Shown: positions 22,217 through 34,962, counted from the stretch's first letter. The stretch is DNA of 64,000 bases from an uncultured Armatimonadia bacterium (GCA_963749155.1 CAVVLO010000004.1:64001-128000); one strand, 5' to 3'. The notes: generated by a model not told the origin, from the letters alone. Program-made: numbers and translations.

Positions 22217-24966
22217 CTACCAGCGCGCGAGGAGCGGCCAGGTCGCAAGTGGCACGTCCGAGCCGAGTTTCAGTTCGCGGGCGTGCAGCGGGTCATAGCA
22301 GGTGGCGCCCTTCGGGATTTGTACCAGCGAGGTAGTGGTGACTGCAATGCCGCCATCGGGACTCCACCAGGCGAGGAAGTTATGGCCTTCAGCGTCCTTC
22401 CAGCGGAGAGTGTAAAGACCTTTTGCTTCCATAAATCGTGCCTCTTGCACCTCACCATCTGAAAGCGCCTCTGAGGCCTGGGCGGCGTAGAAGAGCCAGG
22501 TCGGATCGAGATGCTCGTCCAGCAGTCCGCCCTCTTCGTTTTGGGCAATCCACCAGCAAAGGCGCACGCCGCCGGCCTTGCAGAGGGCCTCCAGTCGCAG
22601 GAAGTAGGCGGCCTGGACGCCTGGTTCCTCCTCCTGCCAGCCGGCGACGTCCAGCCAGAGGGTCAGGCCGTGGCTCTGGGCGCTCTGGGCCGCCGTGGCA
22701 AGGGCGGGAAGGAGGTCTTCAGGCAAGCCCTCAGGCCTGACCCAAAGGGCAAGGCCCGTGGCTTTGCCTTCAAGCGCGGCGCAGGCGGCCTCGATGTGGT
22801 CCTGGGCGCCTTCGCCCAGCAGAGGCAGCCTGCCGACCCAGATCTCGCTGCCCTCCGGAAGGGCCAGTTGCGCCCTTTCGCAGGCTTTTGACCAGTCTTC
22901 CGGCGCGCCTTCTGGCTGCCAGGTGGAAAGAGGCGCAGTTGGGTCACCTGGAGCGCCGTTGAGCAGCATCACACCGGCCAGCGGTCCTCCCAAGCTGCGC
23001 AGTCGAATAAGGGCGGAAGGCAAGTTCTCATCGGCGGCAAGGCTTACCAACGCCTTCGCCCCGCGTAGCTCGGAAAGACCAAGGCCCCTTTCCAGCCTCA
23101 GCCAGTCGTCGCCCGTGGTGGGCGCGCGCGGGGTGAGCATCCACTTCGCGCCGAGTTCTTCCGCCAGACGCCAGGGGCGGTCGGTGAACTCAAGTCGAGG
23201 CAGGCTGGCGCTCGGTATAGGCGGCATACAAGCGATGGCGAGCGTGCTGTTTGCCTTCTCGCTGGCCGCTCTGCCGACCAGGCGGTCGCCAAGCAAGGGC
23301 GCAAGGGCTTCGGGCGCCTCGCCGACCTGCCAATAAAGTGGTATCCAGCTTTCGTGGAAGGCCTTCCCCGTCACACGAGTTAGCAAATAGCCAACCTTGT
23401 AGGGATCGTAGACCTGCTCCCAGCCACCCATCTGCTGGTCTATTCCCGCGTAGTTACGGTTGAAGGTCGTGCTGTTGAGCGTCCTGAACCATTGCCCTTC
23501 CAGCGTATTTGCAAAGCCGAAATGCGTATGGCCGGTGTACCAGGCATCTACAGGATGAACCTCCAGAAGGTCGAGCAGCCGCTTGCGTGCTGGTAGCAGG
23601 AGAGGCTCGTAATTATTCACGCCGCCCTCATCGGGAGAGGCCCAGAAGGGCACGTTGTGGCAGATAAGGAAGGTCAGTTTGGCTTCATCACTTGTCGCCA
23701 GCTCGCGCTCGAGCCACTGGAACTGTTCGTCTTCCAGCGGATAGCCACTGTTGAACAGGCCATTATCGAAGACGATGAAATCGGCAGCCTGCCAGCTCGA
23801 CGCTGTAGAAATCGGGGCCGAAGTACTTCCGGTAGAGGTCGCGATAGCGTTGCTGGAAAAGGATATCGTTCTGCTGGATGCCAACGCGGTTAAGCCAGGC
23901 GTTGTCCCAGACACGCATATTGCGCTGATTGCCGACATCGTGGTTGCCGGCAGTGAGCCAGGTGGGCGGCTCCAGTTCAGCCAGTAGCTCGACGGCCCGA
24001 GCGCATTGGGCCTCGAAATTGGCGCTGAAGGGGTGCACAGTAATGATGTCGCCGCAGTGGAAGACCGCATCGGGGGCAAGTCCGTTGATCTGGCTGATGG
24101 CCTCCTGTACGCGCCAGTTATGACAGAAAGCGCCTTCTTCGCCGTCCTGCCCTATATGGGTGTCAGTAAGGGCGACAAAGCTGAATCCAGCTTTGGGGAG
24201 ATGGCTGAAGGTCGGCAGAGGAGCGGGGCTGTGACGCGTCGGGCCAAAGAGCTCTTCATACTGCTCCGCGAGACGGCCGGCTTTGAAGCCCGGGTCGGCC
24301 TTCGCGATGTCGGCGGCATAGAGAGCGGCCACCTGGTCAGCAGAGAGAGCCTGCTTCCAGATCCGGACCTCGTCCAGCGCACCTGTGAGGGTGTTGGCCT
24401 GGCGACCCAGTTCGAGCAACGGGTCGTGGTTGATGGCGCCACTGCGGGGGGCGCCGGCGATGAACTGCCCGTTAACATAGAGCTGCTGGACCGTCCCATC
24501 GTAGACACCGGTGGCCTGATACCACTGGTCGGGGAGGATTGCCTCGTAGCCCATCACAGGCGCCCAGCCGGTGGTGAATATATGGAAGCTGGGCACTCGA
24601 CCGGAACTGACGCGCAGGAGATACGAGCTGCCACCGCTCACCAGGCCGATGCCCTCGATATTGCCCGGCCAAACCTTCAGGCGCGACTCGGAACCAGCAG
24701 GAGACCGTCACCGCTTCGGTGGGCTGCAGGTCGGGCAGCGTTTGCAACCGCGCAGTCGAAGAAGTGCCATGGATTGAGAGCGCCTTCCCCACCACCCCAT
24801 CGGTCCAGTCTACGCCGGTCAGGTTGAAGGCCAGGTGGCCAGATGCGTCAGTAGCCTTAGCGCCGAAGCCCTCTTCGAAGCTCCACCAGGCGTCAGGGGC
24901 GGGGACGGCGGAGAAAGCAAGAGCCCCAAGGCAAAGCGTAATCAGCAGGCAGACTAGGAATCTCAT
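22217..24966 (-). CDS. Secreted LamG-like jellyroll + calcineurin-like metallophosphoesterase + C-terminal domain (frameshifted)
   Basis: LamG motifs (WYQATGVYDG..QLYVNG, LDEVRIW) and metallophosphoesterase motifs TDTHIG, HCGDI, AGNHDVG, CHNVP, YTGHTH, across ORFs 24472, 23763 and 22217. Confidence 0.75.
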
Positions 24967-27714
24967 TGGTCAGCTCCTTCCAGCGGGCCAATGAGTAGCC
25001 TCACTGGGGTGTTAAGTTGGCGCGCCAGAGTGTCCAGGCGCGCCGTGTCGAGCTCGGGCTGGGCGAAGAGCGCCACAGTGCGGGTGCCCGGAGCGCCGCC
25101 GTAGCCCTCGAAGAAGGCACTGGGGCCAGGCAAGGTCCAGATGACGATGCCGGGACCTGTCCAGTTGTCCTCGTCCAGGGCGATGAAACCACCGGCTGGG
25201 CCGTCCTTCCCCGCCGCAAAAGCTGCCCAGCGATAGTCAGGCAGGTTGCCGCGACTCTGGGCACTGCCATAGTTCACGGAGACCGCGCCTGTATTGTTCA
25301 CGAAGAGGTCCGGGGCCAGGCCAGGCGCGAAGTCGAAATTCCAGGACGGCAGGTCGAAAGTGTCGTCAGTGTCAGTTTGAAGGGCGTAGGACAGCCCCGC
25401 AACGACGCGCAGCTTGCTGACCCGGACTCCCCCATCGCTATACTGATAGCGGAAGGTCAGGTCGTTTACCAGTGGCCCGGCGGCCTCCAGGATGCTGAAA
25501 TCGGTAAGCTCCAGCTTGCGCGAGTTGTAGCCAATACCGGTACCCTTGCCGAACCACTCTCCCTCACTGGTCGCTAGCTCCAGCACGGCAGCGCGGCCTT
25601 CTTCCCCGCCAATTGGCACCCTCAAGCGCAATTGGCCGGTGTCGAGAATCGCCTCATCGCCCTCCTGCTGGCGCGCGAGGGCAAGCAATCCCTCATCAGG
25701 TGCGCCGTCCAGATAAAGGCAAAAAGGTGCTCTGTCACCTTCTTGCGGTGGCACCACCCAGGCCAGCTTTCCGTCGAGCAGTTGCCAGCGAACCTCTCCC
25801 GTGGGCTTGCCGTCGGGCGAGTAGCCGATGAGCTTCAGTCGGCCAGCCTCGGCAGCCTGGCTAACGCGGGGCTGGTCGTCGAGGGGCAGTTCTACAAGCA
25901 CCGATTCGGCAAAGCCGGCCTTGCAGTAGGCCTGCACGGGAAGCCGGGAACCTTCGGCCGCAGGTGGGTATGAGATTGGCTGGAAAGCTACCTCCGCCTC
26001 AGCCTGTTGCTGCTCCCCTTGCCACTCGGAGTAGAGCTCGCACAGGTGGTCGGGGCGCACGGCGACATACTCCGGACCGAGTTCCTCTGCAAGCAGCTTG
26101 AGCGGCGTGGGACCCCAGTCCCAGCCGACACACCAGAGGTACAGGAAGGCTGGCCGGTCCTTGATGTTCAGCCCCCGGATGCGATCAGCGAAGTGCCTGG
26201 CTCGCCGAGGGTATTCCTCACTCAGTGGTAGCGCTCTGTCCGCGCCGACAACCGAGTCCAGCAGGTCGAAGAAGACCGGCTGACCTGCGATGAGTCGCTG
26301 GGCGCGCTCATAGTCATAACCACGTTTCGGGCCGTAGCCGACGAAGATGCCCTCAAGATTCAGGCGTCTCTTCGGCGAAGCGCTTCAGCGTAGGCAAATC
26401 GCCTGGGATGTTGAGGACAGTCATATCCTGCCTGGCCATATACTCGCCTGTCAGGCGGATGTATTCGGTCAGCAGGTCGGCTTGCTGGGCAGGATAAGCG
26501 GCGCCATATTCGCTGGGCTCGCCCAGGCAAATGCCTCCGAGCCCCGCCATAAAGCAGTCCTTCTCGGTCGCGGTCGCGTAATAGTGGCCGATGGTGCTGG
26601 GGGCCAGCTCCTGTCCCAGCAGCCCGAAGGCCCAACCGATGGGGACGCTGCCGCGGCCAGGGTCGCTCCACCACAGGCGATAGGGTTCGTTGGTGTAGAA
26701 GCTGGGCTTGAAGGGATCGGACCAGCCCAGCAGATGGCCGAGGTTGTCCTCCTCCGAGATCATAAAGCTGACGTAAATCTTGTCCTCCTCGAGAGGTGGA
26801 GCTGGCGGGTGCGCCTGGGTGAAGGCCTCGGGGGGCAATTCGACCGTCGAGAGGACGCTGAGGTTGCCCGCGCCCGAATGGCTGTGCAGGCAGGCGTAAG
26901 TGCTGCAGAGGCCAACGAAAAGCGGCTCTGCGAAACTCATACCGACATGGCTGTCACCTACCACCATCGCGTTGAAGGCCACACTGGTGAGGATGCGCTC
27001 GGTGAGGTCCATCTCGCCGTCCAGTGGCTCGCGCGCCAGGTGCCAGCAGAACAGCCTGTGCTGCACCGCATAATCGCGGCAACCCGCCTGGTCTTCATCC
27101 TGATTGGCATCGAAGCCCGTGTTGCCGTGCAAGAGCGCCCACTTGTTGCACCGAGGGAAGAGATTCTCAAAAGCCCAGGTGTAGGCTTCGATGCGGTCCA
27201 CCCAGCGGCCCCGGAAGTCGTACTTCACCGGCCAGCCGTAACCGGCAAGCTGCTCGGCCTGCTCGGGGGTGACGGGCAGCACGTCTTCGAGGCCCGCATA
27301 AGTCAGCGCAACATTGGCGGTCGCATCGAGGGCCGGATCCCAGATAGCCAGCCCTTTTACGTCCGCCTTGTAACGCTCGAATAGCTCTTCTTTGGTGTCG
27401 GCGTATTCGACTGTGCAACCCGCGTAATGGAATTGCAGCCAGCGCAGTGGCTTATCCACGCCAAGCCAGAGCCTCGGACGCTCTCGATTCACGATGCCTT
27501 GCAGAGCACCCAGAGTAATCTGCCAGAGGGTATCTTCAGGATAGAAGCGCAGCGCCGTTATCGGCCCATCGGGCGGTAAGGCGCGCGGGCAGACACCCTC
27601 GAAAGGCTTCTCGGCGGCCAGTCGGGCGCGCTGCGGGACCGTCGAAGCCAAATCAAGCGGATATCCAAGACCTGCCAGAAAGAGCAGACAGAAGGCGATA
27701 TAGAAGAGTCTCAT
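24963..27714 (-). CDS. GxGYxYP-family putative glycoside hydrolase with long C-terminal extension (frameshifted near 26060-26360)
   Basis: LQGIVNRERPRLW, IWDPAL..ANVALTYAG, DYAV, SEEDNL, PGRGSVPIGW, YYATATEKD. The ATG at 27714 starts a signal peptide. Confidence 0.7.
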
Positions 27715-27747
27715 AGGGCGTCTCCCCCTTGTAAAAGGCCTTCTGGA

Positions 27748-27774
27748 CTTCGGGCAAGTCTGGTCGCTTCCTGC
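27748..27774 (-). promoter_or_regulatory. SigH-like promoter motif (divergent pair, leftward)
   Basis: Minus strand GCAGGA-N17-GAAG. Confidence 0.6.
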
Positions 27775-27780
27775 CACCGG

Positions 27781-27807
27781 GCAGGTTATTGCCCTGGGCA
27801 AGCGAAC
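27781..27807 (+). promoter_or_regulatory. SigH-like promoter motif (divergent pair, rightward)
   Basis: GCAGGT-N17-GAAC. Confidence 0.55.
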
Positions 27808-27829
27808 CTTTCCTTTCGTGAGGTGACGC

Positions 27830-29532
27830 GTGATGGCTTGCTGTAAAAGTATTGGCGTCTTGCTTGTTCTAATGCTGGTCTGGATGGTGATGGGTATGGC
27901 GACGGCAGACCTAGAACTGACTCTGCAACCTGGCGCGCCTGATATCGGCCGGGGAGAGGCGCTGGAGCTTTGGCAAACGATTCCGGATGTTGACGTGGCA
28001 AAGCCTTCGGTCACCCTGACGCCTTCGGAGGCATATCACTGGATTGCCGAACCAGGCCAGACGCTTACTCTGAACCTGGCTGTCCCGGCCGAGGCCGGCT
28101 GCGAGACCGCGCTATTGACCGTCTGGGACTGGGAACGCCATCCAGTTGCTCAGGAGACTTTCGCTCTGCCCTGCGCCGAAGCCATCGAATTCAACTGTAT
28201 GGCGCGCGGCACCTGGCTGCTTACCCTCGACCTCTTTGCCGGGGGCAGTGCGTGGCCCGGCTGGCTCGGGGTGTCTCCTGGTGCCCTTCCAACGAGGCCT
28301 TGCGCCGGATTTGGGACGAGGGGCCTTTCTTCGTGGGCATCTGCGCCTTCCCCGAACGCCTTCACTGGGCCAATGATTTCGGCGATGCGGTGCCTGAGGG
28401 GATGACGGAGCAGCAGACTCGCGACTTCGAGATGGAACTCAACGCGCGCGCGGGCATCCAGGTGATGCGGCAGACGCTCTTTGCCTCGCCGATGTGGTGG
28501 GATGGCAGCAAGCCGATTGATTTCGCGATGACCGATACTTGCGTCGAGAGCTTGAAGAAGCACGACATCAAGCCCTTCTTCCAGTTTCTTGGCATTGCGC
28601 CCTGGATGCTGCCCGAGGCTAATCGAGACAAGAAAGGCATCTACCTGCCCGAAGAAGCGCCCTGGCGCGAATATGCGCGCCAGTGCGTAGAACGCTACGC
28701 CGAGGACGCTTTCGCCTTCGAAGTGCAGAATGAGACCGACAATTACGATTTCTGGCTGGGCACGCCTGAAGAATACGTCGATATCTATCGCTGGACCTGG
28801 GAAGAGCTGAAACGCGTTGCGCCTGATGTGCCGGTGACCAACGCGGGATATACCTTCATCCTGCCGCATGAGACAGGCGTCATTGCCCGGGGGGTACAAG
28901 GAAAAGTCGACTGGGTTGCCTATCACTCGCACGGCGGGATGAACACCTATACCCCGATGTGGGCTGCGATGCGGGGCGTACACGCCGCAGCAGGTTATGA
29001 GGCGCCAAAGTATGTGAACACCGAGATGGGCTACTGCGCCTGGCGACTGGACTTCGAGCGCGATATGGCGGCGACCGCGGTGCAGAAGCTGGTCTTCTGC
29101 TGGGCGCACGGTCATCGGGGCGCCTTGCTTTATGAGTCGCGCAGCATTACCGCGCCGCGCACTTTCGGCGACTGGGGTTATCTGGATTACTATTTTAGCC
29201 CGCGCGCGATGTATGGCGCTGTCTCGGCCTTTGTAGACCAGTTCGCGGGCGCTAGATTCGAGCGCATCCTGGCGGAGACCGCCGACTTGCACGTCTTCCA
29301 GTTCCAGAGGGGGCCAGCCAGACTGGTCACTTTCTACACGCCCGACCTGGCTGAGCGTCAGATTACGTTGACGACAGATGCCGAGAAGGCCTTCCTGATT
29401 GACCCGATGGGCAACTCGACACCGCTGGAGGGGGGCGCGCAACTTGAACTGAAAGCCGACCTCTATCCTCGCACGGTGCTGCTTGCGGGCGCAACCTCGG
29501 AGGGCATCAAGCTGTCTGAAGAACCAAAGTGA
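27830..29532 (+). CDS. Secreted clan GH-A (GH39/GH5-like) glycoside hydrolase, one frameshift near 28245
   Basis: Acid/base FEVQNETD, AYHSH, nucleophile VNTEMG. The signal peptide is in ORF 27830..28405. Confidence 0.75.
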
Positions 29533-29546
29533 CCGAGGGAGAACCA

Positions 29547-31932
29547 ATGACCAGACTGGTATTGCTAGTGTTGCTGCTTGGACTGGCGTCTTTTGTGATG
29601 GCTCAGGAGGCGCCCGATATGCTTTATACCTATGACCTGACACCGACCATAAAACTGGACAGGGGCAATCCAGAGCAGCTTCGGCGCGCCTGGGACGAGG
29701 CCCACTTCGTGACGACCATCCAGGGCATCGTAAACCAGGAGGAGCCCCGGCTGTATCTCTATTTCGTGGGCGGCGAGACGGGCGAATTCGACCATTACTG
29801 GCTCGAACAGCTTCAACTGCCAGGTGAATGGCTTGCCGAGACGACCCTGGAGGCTCTGCCGGACCTCTCGGCCCTGATTGGGCAGTTTCGTCAGTATCTG
29901 CGCGGCCTGGTCGTTTATGATGAAAACGTGCCGGCGACCTCGAACCTCGCCTCGACCATCGCGGGAATCGAGCACCTGGCAGCCATCAGGTATGATCCAA
30001 GCCCCGGCTCGCTTTACTGGTGGCTGACCCAGGCGAGCGATGGCCCGAAGTTTGAGCCAGTTATCTGGCTGGTCAATCAGGATGGCACTTCTCTCTTTAC
30101 AGGCAAGGGCAGGCTGCCTGACTCGGCCACTCCCTCCAGCGGCAGCCCCAAGTGTGACGCCTACCTGTGGGCGAAGGAGAACTACCTGGACACTGGCCTC
30201 GCCAACCCGCGCAAGTTTGGTTATTACCTCGATGCCTTCTGGCTGAAGAATCCTGGCGGTTATCTGCCCAACCACACCCTTACCAACCAGGATTACTTTA
30301 TCGCGAACAAGGGCTTCCTGTTTGACCTGTCGCCCTGGGATGACGAGGCTGCCACCGATGAACCAACCCAGCCTGTCGGCGAGGATGAGCGCACGCTGAA
30401 AGCGATTCTCGGCGCCGCGCACGAGCAACTCAGGGGCAGGGAGATGATCCATGTCGGGGGCTTCGTGCCCTGGGGTTTCAAATATACCAACTATGGCACC
30501 ATCGGCGGCAAGCATGACGGCGTGCCCAGCGAATGGCGCTACGCTCAGTTGCTCTCCTGCTTCAACGCTTTTATGGATGCGGACGCGCTGGGGCTGTCAG
30601 CGATGGCCAACGCGTCGGTCTATATGCATTATCCGCTTGAAGAGGTCTATCCCCAGAAGAAGCCAACTCTCGACGACCTCAAAGCCAAAGGCTATATCCT
30701 GCCGGATGGGAAGGTAGCCGACAAAACCTTCGTCACCTTCTATGTGGGCGACTACGACGCGGCCGCCTGGCTCTACTGGGTGGGCAAGCAGATGTGGGAA
30801 GACCCCGCCCGAGGCACTATCCCGCTCGGGCTGGGCTTTCAACCCCAATCTGGCCGACCGCGCCGCGCCGATGATGGCCCTTTTGAGGAAGCGCGCCACT
30901 GATCAGGACTTCTTCTGGGCGGGTGATTCGGGGGCTGGGTACATCAATCCAGGCCTGCTGGAAGAGCCGCGCGACTTTTCTGGCCTGCCCGATGGCGTAG
31001 ATGTCTGGGCCGAACACTGCCGGAAGTACTTCCATCAATGGGACCTCTCGGCGGTCGGTTTCATCATCGACGGCTACAGCAGGCAGATGAGCGAGCGCGG
31101 CCTGGACGCTTATGCCACTTTCGCGCCGGATGGTCTGGTGGGGCAGAACTTCCCCGAGGTGGCGATGCACGGCCAGATGCCCACCTTGAGGATGATCTCC
31201 GGTGGCTTTGACTCGCCCGAGCAAGGCGCCAAATGGTTGCTGGAGCAGTGTGGGCAAGCCGAACAGAAGCCCTCTTTCATCACTTGCCGCACCATCCTCT
31301 GGTCGCCCACTGCCCATAAGCGGTTGATGGAGCTGGTAGCGGAAGGCGAGGGCGGCAAGGACTTCGAGTTTGTAGATCCCTATACCTTGCTATTGCTGGC
31401 CAAGCAGTTCAAAGCAACCGGTCAGCAGGCAGTGGTGAAGCCCAAAGACCTGTGGGACATCTGGGCGGGCACCGAAGTAACTGGCACGAGCGCCAGGGCA
31501 AGCGCCTTCGACCCGCGCGATATGTTCGGCGGACGTTTCACGCGCCTCGAACACGAGTTCATTTTTATATTCGATGACGGTCACCAGGCGCCTTATACTC
31601 ACTGGATTGAATGGCGGACCAAGACGCCGGTGCGGCTTGACCGTTATGAGCTGAGGGCGCGCGGTGACGGTAATCAGATCGGTCGCGAGTTCGCAGCCTT
31701 CAGGCTGTATACCAGGGAGGCTGGCCAGGCCGAGTGGCGTCTGCTGGACGAGTTCGCGCCAACGCATCCTTACACTTACCTCGAACAGGGCAGTGCCTTA
31801 TTGCGCCTGAGCCTGCTGCAGCAACCGGTCATCGCGCAGGAGTTCCGCGCCGAGTTCGACCAGATGAGCGAGCATACGATGGGCCCGCGTATCGTCGAAC
31901 TGGATGGATTTGGAGAGGCGCTGCCGGAGTAG
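29547..31932 (+). CDS. GxGYxYP-family putative glycoside hydrolase with C-terminal F5/8-like domain, one frameshift near 30830
   Basis: IQGIVNQEEPRLY, VGDYD, ARGTIPLG|WAFNP (extra G in a G-run), SGAGYINP. Confidence 0.8.
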
Positions 31933-31999
31933 GAGATTAAAACACCACGGAGTATACTTAAAGCGGTAGCACCCACTTCCGATATCCGGAGGCAGAGTT

Positions 32000-32512
32000 G
32001 TGCGTAACCTTTCGCGCCTTGTCTGGTGTTCCGCTCCGCTAGTGTTGCTTCCGTCGCTTGCCTTCGCCAATCCTCCCAGCACTGATCTTGGATTTGCAGA
32101 CCCCAGTCGACCTTCTTTTACTGTTTTCTGGTTGATGGAGCTGGTCGTCTTCGTGGGCGAAGCCTGGGCCTATCATTACTGGCTTGGGCTGAAGGGCACA
32201 AAGGCGCTGAAGACGTCCTTCTTCGGTAATCTCGCAAGCCTTCTTGTCGGCAGCTTCACAGCCCTGCTTTTCTATTCGATGGCTGCCAGCGGGCCTTTGG
32301 TGCCCATCTTCCAATGGGTGCTTGGCGTGCTCTTTATCGAATACCCACTCGTTCTGCTGCTTAACCGCGACTATCCGGACCAGCGGAAACTGCGCGATGT
32401 GGTGCTGCTCACCAATGTGGTCTCTTACCTGGCGCTCAGCCTGGCAGTGTTTGCCGCGGGAGGCTATCAGCAATATGGAAGCGAACCGCCGCCTTTCACT
32501 AATACGAACTAA
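32000..32512 (+). CDS. Hypothetical membrane protein (paralogue A)
   Basis: Signal peptide plus about 4 hydrophobic segments; clear similarity to the next ORF. Confidence 0.7.
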   Translation: MRNLSRLVWCSAPLVLLPSLAFANPPSTDLGFADPSRPSFTVFWLMELVVFVGEAWAYHYWLGLKGTKALKTSFFGNLASLLVGSFTALLFYSMAASGPLVPIFQWVLGVLFIEYPLVLLLNRDYPDQRKLRDVVLLTNVVSYLALSLAVFAAGGYQQYGSEPPPFTNTN

Positions 32513-33002
32513 AGTCTGGCTTGCCTTGGCAGCTTTGCTGGCGCTGCCGGTGGTGGCATGGGCGAATCCGCCTGTGGTCGAACTCGGGCGGCTTGAGCCA
32601 GGAAGCCTCGCCTTTTTCGTCTTCTGGGTGATGGAACTACTGATCTTCGTTGCGGAAGCGCTTGCCTATCAGCGCTGGGCCGGACTGCCGCAGGATCGCG
32701 CCTTCCTTGCCAGCGGGATCGGCAACATCGCCAGCCTGATCGTGGGCAGCGCCGTGGCCTGGCTACTGGGCGCACTTGGAGGGTGGGGCGGGGTCGTCAC
32801 CTTTATGGAGTTCCTGTTCGGCGTGATGGCCGTTGAGTTGCCCCTCGTAGCGCGGCTGAACCGCAAGCTGGTGCCGGTCGGCAAAATGTATAACATCGCG
32901 CTGTTGGTGAACCTGGTCACCTTTGCCGCGCTCATCGCCGCCACTTATGCAGTCGGTGAGTTGCACGAGGTGCCCCATCTTTTCGGCAACCTGGCGCCTT
33001 AA
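32475..33002 (+). CDS. Hypothetical membrane protein (paralogue B)
   Basis: Shares ANPP, FWxMEL..F..EA.AY, GN.ASL.VGS and E.PLV..LNR with the upstream ORF. ATG at 32475. Confidence 0.7.
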   Translation: MEANRRLSLIRTKVWLALAALLALPVVAWANPPVVELGRLEPGSLAFFVFWVMELLIFVAEALAYQRWAGLPQDRAFLASGIGNIASLIVGSAVAWLLGALGGWGGVVTFMEFLFGVMAVELPLVARLNRKLVPVGKMYNIALLVNLVTFAALIAATYAVGELHEVPHLFGNLAP

Positions 33003-33004
33003 CG

Positions 33005-34954
33005 CTACGGCAGCGCCAAACCGGCCTCTTCCAGCACCAGGGCGGCGCGTTTGGCCAGCTCGAAGCACTCTTTGCCGCTCTCATCGCCATCCTGCACGGA
33101 GGGCAGCAAGGCCTGGGCTTGCTTGATAAGGCCTTGAGCCAGGCGATTGTCTCCCTGTACGGCAAGCAGAGTAAGCTGATCGAGCCAGCCAGAGAGCGTC
33201 TGGCGGGTGCGGAGATGCAGGTTCACGAGCAGCACGAGGCGCGTTGGGGTCACCACGCGCACCTCGGGGCGCAGCCGGTCTGCGCACCACTGGACCGGTA
33301 AGAGACCGCGCGAGACTCCCTCGGCCTCCGCAGTGTTGCCCTCTTCCTCGGCTGTGATCGAGGGGTCACCCGCTGTGTCGCGGAAATAGGACCAGCAATG
33401 AGGCATCACGAAGCTAAAGTTATCCTCGGTCCAGGTCGCGCCACCAGTTGGCATCTCACTCAGCCACTTCGCAACGCCTGCCGGGGTCGTATCACGTGGC
33501 CGGCCGGTATTGGCCCAGATGCAGAGCCGCGCCGAGATGACCGGTACTTCGACCTCGCCGCGCCTGACCCAGAGGATACGGCCTTCCCCGCCCGAGTAAG
33601 GGTAGTACTGCACGGTTAGCAGGCCAGCCAGCTCGGGGATGCCTTTTACTACCTCGGTATAGGCGTGGAGGGCACTCTCACCATCCCAGTCCTGCACGTT
33701 GTAAGACAAAGTCTTCAATCCGCCGAGGGCCATATACTGCCTCAATACCGCCGCGTGGTCCGCCAGCACGTTGGTTGAGCGCTTCTCGCCGAAGTAGTCG
33801 GGATAGTAATAACCGCCCCCATTGAGGACGAAGTCGTCGTTTGGGGTGGCTTCTTTCATCAGCTTGACCAGCGTGTAGGGGCAAAGCTGGGCCAGGTCCA
33901 CATAGCAGAGGGTCCAGCCAAAGGCGAACCGGCCTCGCGCAGGATTGTTCCAATAGTATTTTGCCTCACCTCCCCCGCAGAAGTTGCCCATAAGCCACTG
34001 GACATTGTCTCCATCGCTCATCAGGAAGGTCGCGTAGTGCAGGCCCGATTCCCAGTCGAGGTCTTCATAACCGACCCGGCAGCGGGCTGGCAGGGCGATC
34101 TGGTCAGCTGGGAGAGTCTTGCCCACTTGCTCGGTGCTGAAAAGAGGCAGGTTGTGGCACCAGTTGGTGGCCGACTGGAAGAGGCCCCACTGGCTGGAGG
34201 GAAGAGTGTGCTGGTCTTCGCCGCCGATACCCCAGCCGAGGACTGGCGCCGGCGCCTTGCAGCGCTCGAGCCCGCGCTCATATGCCTCGCCATAACCCGA
34301 GCAGCAGAAGGCTTTCTCGGCCACTGCGAGTGACCTGACCAGGCGCAAGCGCGGCTCAACACTGGCCAGGAAGTCCCGGGTGAAGGCCTCGCCATATTCC
34401 TTAAGGCACCAGACCTCATCTTTGCCTCGCACATCGGCAAGCAGCGTAAGGCCCAGCTCCTTGGCCTTCTCCTCAAACCGGTCCGAGACCGCGACGGCAT
34501 CCCAGAGGCCTGCCAGGGAGGTCGCGACGTTGGCGGACTGGTCAACTTCACCGTATTCGAACCAGCCGCGCTCGCTGCGGTCATAGCTGAACAGGACATA
34601 ACCCTTGACGAGGCCCGCGTCTACCACCCGCCCCACGGCAGCCCACTGGTCTGGCAGATGCTCGGGCGCGGCGCCCGTCTGGGCCAGCATCTGGGCCAGC
34701 CACTCCTGGTAGCCGGAATTATCGAAATCCTCGCCCAGCATTGTGTCCCAGCGCCCTTCGGACACAGCCCGGGCGGCAAGGCCGGCTGCGCACTCGTAGG
34801 TCATCGCCTCTTCATGGTCGCCGGCCAGAGGGATTAACAACACCTTGGCAGGCCGCACGAACTGGGGCCAATAGCGGGTCGGGCCTTCTGCAGCTTCGCA
34901 AGCCATATATCCAGCCAGGCTTACTAGCAGACTAACCAGAAACATAATTTTCAT
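33005..34954 (-). CDS. GxGYxYP-family putative glycoside hydrolase
   Basis: Canonical MSDGDNVQW, ARGRFAFGWT and GGGYYYP motifs; signal peptide. Confidence 0.85.
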   Translation of the reverse strand: MKIMFLVSLLVSLAGYMACEAAEGPTRYWPQFVRPAKVLLIPLAGDHEEAMTYECAAGLAARAVSEGRWDTMLGEDFDNSGYQEWLAQMLAQTGAAPEHLPDQWAAVGRVVDAGLVKGYVLFSYDRSERGWFEYGEVDQSANVATSLAGLWDAVAVSDRFEEKAKELGLTLLADVRGKDEVWCLKEYGEAFTRDFLASVEPRLRLVRSLAVAEKAFCCSGYGEAYERGLERCKAPAPVLGWGIGGEDQHTLPSSQWGLFQSATNWCHNLPLFSTEQVGKTLPADQIALPARCRVGYEDLDWESGLHYATFLMSDGDNVQWLMGNFCGGGEAKYYWNNPARGRFAFGWTLCYVDLAQLCPYTLVKLMKEATPNDDFVLNGGGYYYPDYFGEKRSTNVLADHAAVLRQYMALGGLKTLSYNVQDWDGESALHAYTEVVKGIPELAGLLTVQYYPYSGGEGRILWVRRGEVEVPVISARLCIWANTGRPRDTTPAGVAKWLSEMPTGGATWTEDNFSFVMPHCWSYFRDTAGDPSITAEEEGNTAEAEGVSRGLLPVQWCADRLRPEVRVVTPTRLVLLVNLHLRTRQTLSGWLDQLTLLAVQGDNRLAQGLIKQAQALLPSVQDGDESGKECFELAKRAALVLEEAGLALP

Positions 34955-34962
34955 CGAGAGGT

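Noticed and set aside
7400..31000. Programmed ribosomal frameshifting as the cause of split genes
   Set aside because: Shifts occur in both directions at unrelated sequences with no shared slippery motif; sequencing error is simpler.
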